Shown: positions 31,301 through 41,000 of the stretch, piece after piece
Numbering within the stretch: the stretch's first letter is position 1
How the letters are laid out: each line of letters begins with the position of its first letter
IMG/VR virus record: IMGVR_UViG_3300025128_000022
Strand: one strand, 5' to 3'
Source of the DNA: an uncultured virus (IMG/VR IMGVR_UViG_3300025128_000022)
Lineage: Duplodnaviria > Heunggongvirae > Uroviricota > Caudoviricetes
DNA length: 64,000 nucleotides
Notes under the pieces: model-generated
Told to the model about the DNA's origin: nothing
What the model saw: only the letters and a program-made list of their open reading frames with translations
Database searches by the model: none
Position numbers and translations under genes: made by a program

Positions 31301-32913
31301 GGACAGCTACTCAAATAACTAATGGTAATGTAACTCAGACGGGTGTTACTGCAGGGTTTATAAAAAGCACATTATATAATTGTTACACCTTTGGAAATGG
31401 TGCAGAAAGCTATAAAATATTAGATAGGTTAGGAGGTGCTGAGTTAGCACCGGGCAATAGGGTTGTAACGGTTTCTCAACAAGATTACAGGGAAATGCAT
31501 AGATTTGCTGATTTAACATATAGTGGTAGGTTTAGTAATGAGTCAAATATAAACCGACTTAATGAGTTCAACTTAAGTATCTCTAATTTTAAAGTCCTTG
31601 AAGATTCTTTCGGTTCTATTCAAAAATTATTTGGTAGAGAAACCGATGTATTAGTATTACAAGAGGATAAGATTTCATATGTACTTGCAGGTAAAAATTT
31701 ATTATCGGATTCAGCAGGTGGAGGTCAAATAACTTCTGTGCCTGAAATATTAGGTACGCAAATAGCTAGAATTGAAGAGTTTGGTATTAGTCATAATCCG
31801 GAAAGTTTTGTTTGTTATGGAAGTGAAAAATATTTTACTGACGCAAAAAGAGGTGCAGTAATTTTATTATCAGGAGTAACTGCACAATCTGAACAACTTG
31901 CAGTAATATCTGAATTAGGTATGCGTGGATGGTTTAGAGATTTATTTATAGAGAGTTTTTCAACTCAAAAACTTGGTGGATACGACCCTTATATGAATGA
32001 ATATGTGTTGTCCAATAACTGTATTGAGTTACCTCAAATTCCACAAGTTGAAAATTGCGGTATACAATTGACATACAATAAGTTAAAAGCAGCAAATACA
32101 CCAAGAAGTTTTACAGTTGAGCTTGGACAACCTTTAGGTGAGGTGACACTAACATATACTGTACCGATTTTAGCTGCAGGTTTAACATTTAAAATAGATG
32201 TGCTATACGCAGGAGTTACTACTTCCACAGGTGATGTAACTGTAGGAGGTACTTTAACATTTGATAAAAATGATTTATCAATCAACACTTGTCTAATTAC
32301 TCTAACAGTTAGTGATGTCGGGTCTACGGGGGGTCAAATAGATGGTCTAAACCTTGGGGTTAGTTGTCCATCACCCAACACAATAACAGTAAAAGCTATA
32401 GTTATTACTACAGACGCAAACGCAGGTTTAACGATTAGAAGAGGTTATAATTACACCGACAATAGTGTTTCTTATCCATCCAATATTGAACAGGTAATAA
32501 TGACATCAGGCACTTCAACTCCATTAGTATCTAGCTTTTATAGCATTACAGGGTATCAAGGAATTAATTCTATTCCTGTTAATGGTTCAACAGTAGAAAT
32601 ATTTTCTTTAAAGAAACCTGACGACACTTATACTTTTGACGTAACAAGTGATAGATTTGGGTATTTAAGAAGTGCAACAAATTATAATAATAATAGTACC
32701 GATTTAAATAATTTATTAACAGCTATAACAAGTGCTAGTAATTGGTTGACTACCAACACATCACTAGCTCCGGGTAAATATTATGGGGATTTTACTATGG
32801 ATGCCACTAGCAATGATTATTTATATTTGGTATATGATTTAAGAACAACTACAAATGTAAGTTTGTGTTACTCAAACACTTCATTTAACGACGCATGTTG
32901 TGGGTGTTCATAA
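28342..32913 (+). CDS. Tail stabilisation/nozzle protein
   Basis: GKMNKSVDERLVPNGQYIDALN start; LFFTDNYNPPR, FAYRYEY, FGISHNPESF, YFTDAKRG. Confidence 0.7.
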   Translation: MAKLQRNFVQGKMNKSVDERLVPNGQYIDALNVRLGSTEDSEIGSVENSKGNTQLTTLTFNGTNLSNQARCIGAYEDGANQTIYWFVHDPAYTVGATGKIDMIVSYDAQVDTVTYHVITMDDATGNQTTILNFNPTYLIHSVNKIEDLLFFTDNYNPPRFINVKRNYPNPFGNIDQVSAESLLVLKKPPITSPSFNMYTASGENTFLEDKLLCFAYRYEYGDNDFSATSQWSKAAFIPKAFGISSAAYTNEGMENSRNGVEITFNTGGPLVKGVEVLFKNSGDDVIKVIDNFDKAEYGYTDNQDVTITFNSNQIFTVLPTDQIGRLFDNVPLKAVTQTMIGNRIIYGNYFEQYNMVDYAGSEVILDYSIALASEVVGQFALTETKISSDYTFDPTSGTQSIADSAVTIDFTDISLVQGGLLEIDIIFNHAQFTGSGGPTAQTTSINIGFGFNLVNNYPNALALATSTEFINAVGTSSTVSTIANACTGNTWTDTWNCDMPNNLDTYFAYNSGITPEAYPNVGPINIITDPANVNQFTLQFPAMAWSDCDAASCTPANIVYEYFKIGSVDAQYRELSETESLHSDFDYAVGIVYMDEFNRSSPALLAPEASLHVPCSASLFKNRIDVTIPTEMNPPVWAHRYKFVLKPTNTTYNTIYTNIFFNDPATSATYLLLEGENNEKVSEGQRLKVKADTNGALGRCAYATILEKKSQAAGFVKVPSALNPSTDIDAPAGTYAKVIADDFTVVTLNEDGTEASELAVIEEKNSTYTDSAGNSVYNALLVNTFDAATSAYIDYDIPQGSRINLYIKFERRGPGKGNGNCERRIYTLDLKLTSSSTYSNFAEWFNGDNIQEYLDGGDWVGGDTEAGNPPENIYDSTLLTTAFSRNPTSSEAQMTANSVTKNKYKFVRSSTDNGLWFCTTGTESCSGAFSKKKRRSSSEMSVIVFRAESTLIFESEPQEALPDVFFEGDQSYPIINPGLSNARHGGGTATQITNGNVTQTGVTAGFIKSTLYNCYTFGNGAESYKILDRLGGAELAPGNRVVTVSQQDYREMHRFADLTYSGRFSNESNINRLNEFNLSISNFKVLEDSFGSIQKLFGRETDVLVLQEDKISYVLAGKNLLSDSAGGGQITSVPEILGTQIARIEEFGISHNPESFVCYGSEKYFTDAKRGAVILLSGVTAQSEQLAVISELGMRGWFRDLFIESFSTQKLGGYDPYMNEYVLSNNCIELPQIPQVENCGIQLTYNKLKAANTPRSFTVELGQPLGEVTLTYTVPILAAGLTFKIDVLYAGVTTSTGDVTVGGTLTFDKNDLSINTCLITLTVSDVGSTGGQIDGLNLGVSCPSPNTITVKAIVITTDANAGLTIRRGYNYTDNSVSYPSNIEQVIMTSGTSTPLVSSFYSITGYQGINSIPVNGSTVEIFSLKKPDDTYTFDVTSDRFGYLRSATNYNNNSTDLNNLLTAITSASNWLTTNTSLAPGKYYGDFTMDATSNDYLYLVYDLRTTTNVSLCYSNTSFNDACCGCS

Positions 32914-32923
32914 AATAAAATAA

Positions 32924-33880
32924 ATGGGATTAACAGTATCAAAATATTTAGACGGACCAACTTTTGCAACAGCAACTGCTGTGTATGATGATGCAACTTT
33001 AACAACAAAAGCTGCTGATGGTTGGTATATGGAAAACAATAAATACCGAAGACAAAGTGGCGGAGTGCTTCAAGGACTTGTAGTTTGTCCAAGTTGTAAT
33101 GAAACTTGTAGAACAAATGGTCAAGCACCATTATCAGCAGGTGAGGGAACAATTGCAATAGACCAAGGAGCAGGGGTTTATTATGTTACTTTTCAAACCG
33201 GAACAGGAATAGGTACATTGAGAACTTTTATTGATGATTTATCAACCAAAGCGTATGGTATACAGATTAGTCATAATAGCACACTTTATAATAAATGGTC
33301 AGATGTAGATAACGGCTATCAATCTCCTGCAAGTGGATTAAATGCTATATGGTTAGGAGATTCATCTGTAGGACCTACTGCAGGAACAGCGTACACAAGC
33401 CAACCAACATTTACTTGGGATGGAGCTGCATGGGTTTCAGGTAGCACAGTAGGTTATAGTGTTAATAGTGCCGGAACTAATTATACAGCAAATCCGGGGA
33501 TTACTATGGCGGCTGTGCCAAAAACATTTTCTAGCAACACTACATTAACTCTGACAATATTTAGACCTCCGATAGTAGGGATGGGAGATACTAATGTAGG
33601 ACTTATGTGTCCTGACTTACTACCTGCTATACCATATAATACTACTATATTTGCAAATGCAGTTGATGCATGTAATGCAACAGGAACAACGGGGTCTTTT
33701 TATTCCGCAGGTTTTGGTTCATCAAATGCTTTAGCACAATTAAATGGATTTGCATTTACAAATTATTATGGAACTACAGCACTTAGTGCAGGTTATTATA
33801 AAATTAGTAGTGGAGGTAATGGGTATATGCAAGTATCTAGTAACGGAACAATTATAGCTATAGGTAGTTGTCCTCCTTAA
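32924..33880 (+). CDS. Virion protein with Cys-containing modules
   Basis: 318 aa G/T/S-rich. Confidence 0.55.
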   Translation: MGLTVSKYLDGPTFATATAVYDDATLTTKAADGWYMENNKYRRQSGGVLQGLVVCPSCNETCRTNGQAPLSAGEGTIAIDQGAGVYYVTFQTGTGIGTLRTFIDDLSTKAYGIQISHNSTLYNKWSDVDNGYQSPASGLNAIWLGDSSVGPTAGTAYTSQPTFTWDGAAWVSGSTVGYSVNSAGTNYTANPGITMAAVPKTFSSNTTLTLTIFRPPIVGMGDTNVGLMCPDLLPAIPYNTTIFANAVDACNATGTTGSFYSAGFGSSNALAQLNGFAFTNYYGTTALSAGYYKISSGGNGYMQVSSNGTIIAIGSCPP

Positions 33881-33890
33881 AATTAAAAAT

Positions 33891-34724
33891 ATGAGTTGTC
33901 AAAATTACACATTAAGTTATAGTAGTGGAGTTCAAGGATTTCCATCCTTCTACTCTTATCACCCTGATTATATGATTGGAATGAATAATTATTTTTATTC
34001 CTTTAATCAAGGAAATATATATAGGCATAATTCCAATACTGTGAGAAATCAGTATTATGGTACAAATTATAGCTCTACAATAACAAATGTTTTTAATGAT
34101 AATCCATTAGAGAGTAAGCTGTTTAAAACTATATGTTTAGAATCAGATTCCCCTTGGGATGTAGATTTTACAAGTGATGTTCAAACCACAGGTTTTATTT
34201 CAGATGAATCTTTTGTGAAAAAAGAAGGTGCGTATTTTTCGTATTTAAGAACTGAAGGTGCTACAACAGGTTCAGGTACGCCGATAGATTCTAAACAATA
34301 TCCTTTACGTTCTATTCAGGGAATTATGAATAGTGCAGCACGAGGAGGTACGGTAGGGAATCCAATAGTACAATTTGATATAGGAGCTAATGCTAATATG
34401 GCAACATATATTAATCCACAAATTGTAGTAAATGACTATTTGTATTGGAGTGATGTAACTCAAGCAAATCCTGAACTTACTTATGCAGGGCAAATACAAT
34501 CTATTTCATATTCAGCTATAAATGGTATAGTTTCAATATTAATAGACGCTGCAGGAGCTGCGGTTATTCCTGCAGGAACTCTGTATTTTGCAGCTGTTAA
34601 AAACCAAATTGCAGAATCTTATGGTATCTTAGGACATTATGGCAGGTTTAAGTTAACTAACAATACAACACAAGCTACAGAACTATTTGCAGTTCAGTCA
34701 GATGTTATGAAAAGTTATCCTTAA
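33891..34724 (+). CDS. Tail protein resembling C-terminal part of stabilisation protein
   Basis: TLSYS..GFPSFYSY, KLFKTICLES, KKEGAYF, ELFAV. Confidence 0.55.
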   Translation: MSCQNYTLSYSSGVQGFPSFYSYHPDYMIGMNNYFYSFNQGNIYRHNSNTVRNQYYGTNYSSTITNVFNDNPLESKLFKTICLESDSPWDVDFTSDVQTTGFISDESFVKKEGAYFSYLRTEGATTGSGTPIDSKQYPLRSIQGIMNSAARGGTVGNPIVQFDIGANANMATYINPQIVVNDYLYWSDVTQANPELTYAGQIQSISYSAINGIVSILIDAAGAAVIPAGTLYFAAVKNQIAESYGILGHYGRFKLTNNTTQATELFAVQSDVMKSYP

Positions 34725-34730
34725 AATTAG

Positions 34731-34738
34731 TATCTTTG
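34731..34738 (+). promoter_or_regulatory. Bacteroidota -7 element TATCTTTG
   Basis: Intergenic, 6 nt before ATG 34745 (near-leaderless). Confidence 0.55.
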
Positions 34739-34744
34739 TGCTAA

Positions 34745-35155
34745 ATGAAATTTAATATTAGGGTACTTAAAGAAAACGACTATAATGATATCCTAGTTCC
34801 TTGGTGGAATGATTGGGGTTGGACACCTCCGGTAAAAGATTTTTTACCACTAGACGGGCTTGGTGGTATCATGATAGAATGGCAGGGAGCTCCGGTTTGT
34901 GCGGGTTTTGTAATTCAAACAGACACTAAGGTTGCTTGGGTCGATTGGATTGTATCTAGTAAAACATTTAGAGAAAAGCCACATAGAAGGGATGCACTCC
35001 ATTTGTTGATACAAACATTAACCGATGTAGCAAGAGAAAGAGGAAATAAATATGTTTATGCATTAATTAAAAACTCCCCTTTAGTTGATGTTTATCTTAA
35101 CAACGGATATGTGAAGGGAGATAATTATAATTTTGAAATGATAAAAGCAATATAA
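34745..35155 (+). CDS. Putative GNAT-fold protein
   Basis: 136 aa; GNAT-like layout; usual position before ejection proteins in podoviruses. Confidence 0.5.
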   Translation: MKFNIRVLKENDYNDILVPWWNDWGWTPPVKDFLPLDGLGGIMIEWQGAPVCAGFVIQTDTKVAWVDWIVSSKTFREKPHRRDALHLLIQTLTDVARERGNKYVYALIKNSPLVDVYLNNGYVKGDNYNFEMIKAI

Positions 35156-35156
35156 T

Positions 35157-36134
35157 ATGGCAGCATTTTCAGTAATAGCAGCGGCTGCGGCGTTAGCAAT
35201 ATCGGCAGGTACAACAGTAACTTCAGGAGTACAAGCGGGTCGTGCAAGAAAAGACATGGCGGCAGCTGAAGACCGAGCTCAAATGTTTATGGATGAAGCA
35301 AGAGGAAAATTAGATATAAACTCATACGATGAACTATCGTTGCGTACCGAAGTATTTGATAAGCAAAGAGACCAATTAGCTGCTCTTGGCTCAAATATAG
35401 TATCAGCTGTTAGTCAAAGCGATAGACCAATGGCATCTATACAAAACGTTGTAAGTGCGGTAATGGATTCAGAATCCAAAATTACAGATAAAGAAGTAAA
35501 AGAATTACAAGATTTAGATTTAGTACAGGCAGAAGAAGAATCAAGACTAAAGGACATTGGTATTCAATTAGATTTAGGAGAAGTAGCAGGTGCACAAAAA
35601 GAAGCTGCAGACGCAAAAGCTGCTGCCGCACAATATAAAAAGGATTTTGCGAGTGGCTTGACAAGTACAATTATGCAAGGAGTACAATTAGGTGTTCCAT
35701 TATTTCAGAAGTCGGCACAGATGAAAGGAATTGAAAATTTTTCATTTAATGATATGACAGGTGCAGAAGCATTAAAAGGTAAACTAACAGATAGTGAATT
35801 TTTAAAAGGATTGGGTGAGGGTAAAGGTTTTGCAGGTTTGACTAGAGACGATTTAACAAGTTTAGCAGGTAAATCAGGTGAAGAATTAACAGGGTTCTTA
35901 AGAAACAAACTGTCAGCCGGAAACATAAAATATTTATCAGACCCATCTAAAGGAAATGTAAATCCTTTTGTACCACAGACAATACATACAACTAACAAAA
36001 CTTTGTCAGAACTTAGCATGAATCCTTACACTATGGGAACAGGTGCAGGAACTCAAGATTTAAATGCTCTCGCTACTGCATTAGGAGTGCCGCTAGAAGC
36101 TCTTAAAGCATTAATCACAAATCAAAAAGGATAA
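35157..36134 (+). CDS. Putative internal virion/ejection protein
   Basis: Ala/Gly hydrophobic N-terminus plus coiled coil. Confidence 0.55.
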   Translation: MAAFSVIAAAAALAISAGTTVTSGVQAGRARKDMAAAEDRAQMFMDEARGKLDINSYDELSLRTEVFDKQRDQLAALGSNIVSAVSQSDRPMASIQNVVSAVMDSESKITDKEVKELQDLDLVQAEEESRLKDIGIQLDLGEVAGAQKEAADAKAAAAQYKKDFASGLTSTIMQGVQLGVPLFQKSAQMKGIENFSFNDMTGAEALKGKLTDSEFLKGLGEGKGFAGLTRDDLTSLAGKSGEELTGFLRNKLSAGNIKYLSDPSKGNVNPFVPQTIHTTNKTLSELSMNPYTMGTGAGTQDLNALATALGVPLEALKALITNQKG

Positions 36135-36137
36135 TAT

Positions 36138-38054
36138 ATGGCAACGAGTTTTGGATATGTAAGAGAAGACAGGGAAGATAGAGTCAATTGGGCACAAATT
36201 GGGAAGGATGCAAGTCAAGCAATTTTAGATGAAAGACAACGTAGAATTGACGAGAAGGAAAGAATAAGAGTAGAGTCAAAGGAATTTAACGACGAGCTCT
36301 ATGATGCTATTCCATCTGACAATAATCTAATTAGAACTCAAGCGTTAGACATGGCTAATCTTATGTCTCAAGAAAGACTTCAACAAGATAGAGACTTACA
36401 AGATGGTATTCTTTCTGTAAGAGACTATACAATACAAAGACAAAACTTATACACTACGGCTGAAATGGCAGGAGATATAAATTCTAAAAAAGCCGAAGCA
36501 TATAAAAGCTACATTACCGCAGTTAATAATGGAACTTTATCACCTGAAAGTTCTGCGGTAAAAGCATATTACGAACAATTTACTGCTTTAGATAAATACG
36601 GTTTACAATTAGACCCTTCAGGAAATGGTTATTTTACTCCTAAATTATTTGATGAGAATGGTGTAGTGACAGGATTTTCTGATAACCCAAAAGATTTTGT
36701 AGGCATGAAAGGATACCAATCTAATTTGTTTGCATTAAAACCTGCTGTTGATTTAGAATCAGATAAAGGTATAGTAAATACAGTAATAGGAGCTGCAGCT
36801 GAAACATGGAAGGTTGTGGGAGGTGGTTTTAAAACTGTATCGGATGCATTTCAGAACCCTGCTTTTCAAGAAGAATTAGAAAATATTATAAAAGCACAAC
36901 TTGTAAATCCTGATGTAACATCAGCTATTGCCGGTAAATATTTAAGTCAATACGAATACGAGTTTTTAAAAGGTGGCGAAACATCTAAAAAAGGAAACGT
37001 AATACCTTTGCGTATAAATCCTTCAAGTGGGATGTGGGAGTTTGATGCAGATAGTGAACAAGGTAAAGTAGTTACAGGAGAGGTAGTTGAAATGATAAAA
37101 ACTAGAGTAAGAGCAGGAATGGGTAGAGAAGAAACTGCATATAGTCCATCTGAAATAAAAACATCTAGAAGTAATCGAGATGTAAAAACAAATAGAGAAG
37201 AAGTTGCTGAACAATTATTTGCATTGCAACAAGGAAATGCTGATGCAGTTAAAGCAGCTATAAGATTCTTTGAGGGCAATAATCAGATTACAAACTTTAC
37301 TATTGTTGATAATGGTACTTCATTTACTTATGACGTTACTGATGAAAGTGGTAATACATTCCAAAGAACAATTGATAGAAGTGTAAGTCCTGATTTATTC
37401 TTTACACAAGTAGGAGAGAAGTTTAGTGAGTTTAGCTTAGGTGAGTTAAAAGGCACAAAAGCATTTACGAACAAGAAGAACAATACTGTAGCTGATGCTT
37501 CTAATCCTGATAATCAACTATTCTATAGTAACCTTAGCTCACCAATAGAGTTTGAAGCTATCAATGTAACACCTGTAGACCCAAATACAATTAAGAGTAT
37601 ATTAACAGATACATATGTAGAGGGAAGCGAAATTAAACAGGCAAAAGAGAGATTTAAAACTAACCTTGGTGATGTTGGTTTTGAAGAAGCAATTAACATA
37701 GAGTTAACTTCCTCGAATGTAGGTAACGCACAAATTATAGGTGAAGATGGTGATTTTGCTGTAATAAATATACCTAATGTAACTGCAGGAAATATTATAG
37801 TAAAAAACAATGACAAAGAAAATTTAATTAGAGCAATTGCTAAAATACAAGATGCAGCTAAAAAAGGCGGCACAGTTACCAACCAAGACATGATAAAACT
37901 ATTTGGCATAAAACTTGACACAGGAAAAGTTTTTTACGAAACAATTACAGGAGCTGACACTCAAGCTGTAGAAGATGCCTTTAGTGCAAATGCAAATGCA
38001 GGTTCAGGGTCAGGGTCAAGCTCAGGTGTTAATGGCTCAGATTTTAATAAGTAA
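36138..38054 (+). CDS. Putative internal virion/ejection protein
   Basis: 638 aa; position. Confidence 0.5.
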   Translation: MATSFGYVREDREDRVNWAQIGKDASQAILDERQRRIDEKERIRVESKEFNDELYDAIPSDNNLIRTQALDMANLMSQERLQQDRDLQDGILSVRDYTIQRQNLYTTAEMAGDINSKKAEAYKSYITAVNNGTLSPESSAVKAYYEQFTALDKYGLQLDPSGNGYFTPKLFDENGVVTGFSDNPKDFVGMKGYQSNLFALKPAVDLESDKGIVNTVIGAAAETWKVVGGGFKTVSDAFQNPAFQEELENIIKAQLVNPDVTSAIAGKYLSQYEYEFLKGGETSKKGNVIPLRINPSSGMWEFDADSEQGKVVTGEVVEMIKTRVRAGMGREETAYSPSEIKTSRSNRDVKTNREEVAEQLFALQQGNADAVKAAIRFFEGNNQITNFTIVDNGTSFTYDVTDESGNTFQRTIDRSVSPDLFFTQVGEKFSEFSLGELKGTKAFTNKKNNTVADASNPDNQLFYSNLSSPIEFEAINVTPVDPNTIKSILTDTYVEGSEIKQAKERFKTNLGDVGFEEAINIELTSSNVGNAQIIGEDGDFAVINIPNVTAGNIIVKNNDKENLIRAIAKIQDAAKKGGTVTNQDMIKLFGIKLDTGKVFYETITGADTQAVEDAFSANANAGSGSGSSSGVNGSDFNK

Positions 38055-38056
38055 AT

Positions 38057-41000
38057 ATGAACGAAAAAGCATTTAAACAGTTATACGAGGAGTTTGTTAA
38101 CACCGGATATAAAGGTGATAGAACAGAGTTTATAGAACTTTTATCTACAAACACCGATGCTTTTATGCAAGGTTTTAATGCCTTCACATCAACCGGTTAT
38201 AACGGTGATGAAGATGCATTCGCTGAATTAATAGGGGTTACATCTCCTCTAAAAAAAAAAGACGAACCTCAAGAAAGTGGCGAATCAGTTGTGGAAGATG
38301 GTCAATTACTCTCCGATACTCCTGATAAAAAAACTGCAATCACAGATAGAGATATTCCTCAAATGCTTGAGAGAATTGAAGCTACAGTTAATGGACAACC
38401 ATTATGGGAAGTAGTAGGTGCTAGGTCTGCCGAAGAATTAAGAGAAGCTATAAACATAAATACAGACTACGAACAAAGAGTTGATGCTGACGCTATGCCG
38501 CCGGAGGTTCAAGATGACCCTGCATTGATGGCAGAATATATAAAAAACTTCCCTGCACCAACCGAAAGACAAATGGAACTCTATGCAGAATTTTCAGGAG
38601 GTAACTATGATGAAATCTTATATAACTTTGATGAAGAAGAAGGAACAGGGGATGTAATTCCTGTAGACCTACCTGAAGTAGCTGTCGAAAAAGAAGCAAA
38701 GAAAAGAACGAAAGAAGAAGTTATAGAACAAAAGGATGAGCTACTACTAGATATGGTAGGGGAAAGTAATCAGACACCACAGGATGTAATAGATAAGGTG
38801 GATAATATAGATAAAGAAGCAAGAGCTAAAGTTACAGAACAAGTAGGTGTGGATTTAAGTAATGCTTCATATTATAATGAAGATGGCACAGTTAATTTAG
38901 ATAAAGTAAATTTTGAAAGACAAGTTGAAATTTCTAAAGAAGAAATAGACCCTAACTTTGATGAGTTTGAAGAAGGGGTGACTGCAAGACAAAGACAATT
39001 ACGAAACCAAAGAATAAAAGCTACTAGGAAACTTCAAGAAGAATTTGAAAAAGTAGAATCAAGAGATGATTTAAGTGTTGAGGATTTAACATTATTAAAT
39101 AATATGTTAAATGAAGACCTTCCATTGATTACAGGTGAACTGATAGCTAATGATGACAATGAACAAACCATAGATTTTTTAAATGAAAAGTTTGGAAAAT
39201 ATAATTTAGTTTTTACTCCAACATCCTTCGGTGGCATGAGAGTTACTAGAGCAGATGGTAAAGCTGATATAGCTATTAATATAGACCCCAATATAGGGTC
39301 TACCGAAAAAGAGAAACAAGCATTGGCTAATTTCATTACATTAAATGCTGATGTTCCTGATGTAGAGCTGATGGATGTAGAAGGTTACCAACAAAAAGCT
39401 AAAAGAGCTCAGGACATGAGAAGAGGAGCTAAAAACGGCATTGATGGATATGAAATGGTAGTGAGTGAAAAGGACGGAGAGTTCTTGGTACACCCTACAT
39501 TGTTTCCAAAAAACTATGATGACCAATCTAGCTTTCCAAGTTCATGGGAAAAACTTGACAATGACGATGCATATATTTTTGCACTACAACAAAACGAAGT
39601 GTTCAAGTTTAAATCTCAAAAAGATGCAGAAAAATTTATTGCAGATTTCCAAGGAGTGTCTACTCTTGACGGTGAAGCTGATGCATTTTATAGAGAGAGA
39701 GGTTTAGATTATACCGCAGTCAAAGTTGCTATGGATGAGTATGAGCAAGTTCGTGATGAGATTATATTTATTGAAGAATTATATTTTAATACTGTACAAG
39801 AATATCAAGGTCCGGGAGTTGGACCTTTTGGAATGGTTTCACAGAATAGTAAACTTATACCTGAAAATTTAAGAGACCCAAGTACAGAAGATGTAGTTAC
39901 ACCACAAGTGAGAGAACTAAAAGATTTAACTCTTGCTGACCAAAAAAGATTTGGTCACCTTTTTATTAATGGTTTACCTGTAGCACAGCTACAAGACCGT
40001 CTGCCGGAATTATATAGACGTAGAGATATTTTATTCGATGCCAACTTTAGTGATGACATTACAAAAGCTAGAGAAGATTTTGATGTTTACTTAAGAAAGC
40101 AATACGATGAAAGAAGTAAAAAAAGTTTAGACAATAACAACAAGGTTAAAGAAGCATATGAGAACCTTGAAAAAGAATCTTTGTTAGAGTTCCAAGTAAA
40201 ACTCGAAGATTTACCTGAGTATGTTCGTGAAAATTTAGAGAAGCTAGAACCTTTTCAGGTTAACATGGCAAGTAAAATTTACGGAGATTATTTAATGTTG
40301 CAGAACGAACAACAAGTATTGAGAGTTGAATATGATTTAGCTTCCAATTATTTCAATGCAATGGAAAATAAAAATGTAAAAGGCGAATATATTGATAATG
40401 GTTTGGGTTTTGTTAATGAGTTCTATAAAGGGTTAGAACAAGGTAATGCATTGAATGCTATTCTTCAATACTCAATGGGTATTGATATGTTTGATTATTT
40501 TTCAGATACTGTTGACCCTGATGATACTATGTCAGTAGCATTAGCTATTGTATCAAGTGCACAAGCTAAAGCTGAAATGGGTGATAGCAGGACAATGTTA
40601 GCTTGGAATGATTCAAAAACAGCTCAAGAATCTTGGGAAGTATTTTTAGATAATCCTTTTGAATGGGCAATGCAATTGTCAGCAAATAGTGTAGGGCAAA
40701 TGTTGGAGTTTGGCTCACAAATTATACCTGCTGCAGGAGCAACAGGATTTGGAGCAGGTGCTCTTACAGGACCGGGAGGAGCTGTTGTTGGAACAGGTTA
40801 TGGTTTAAGAACAGGTTATGCAGCTACAGGATATGCGGTTGAATATACTAATTCAATTTTTGAAGCAATAAGTGAAGCCGGATATGACGTAATGAATCCA
40901 TATTCTGTAGAGTTAGCTCTTCAAGATGAAGCCATGTGGAAAGCTGCAGCAGCTAGAGGTAATCAAAGAGGTATACCAATTGCTGTTGTAAACTATTTTA

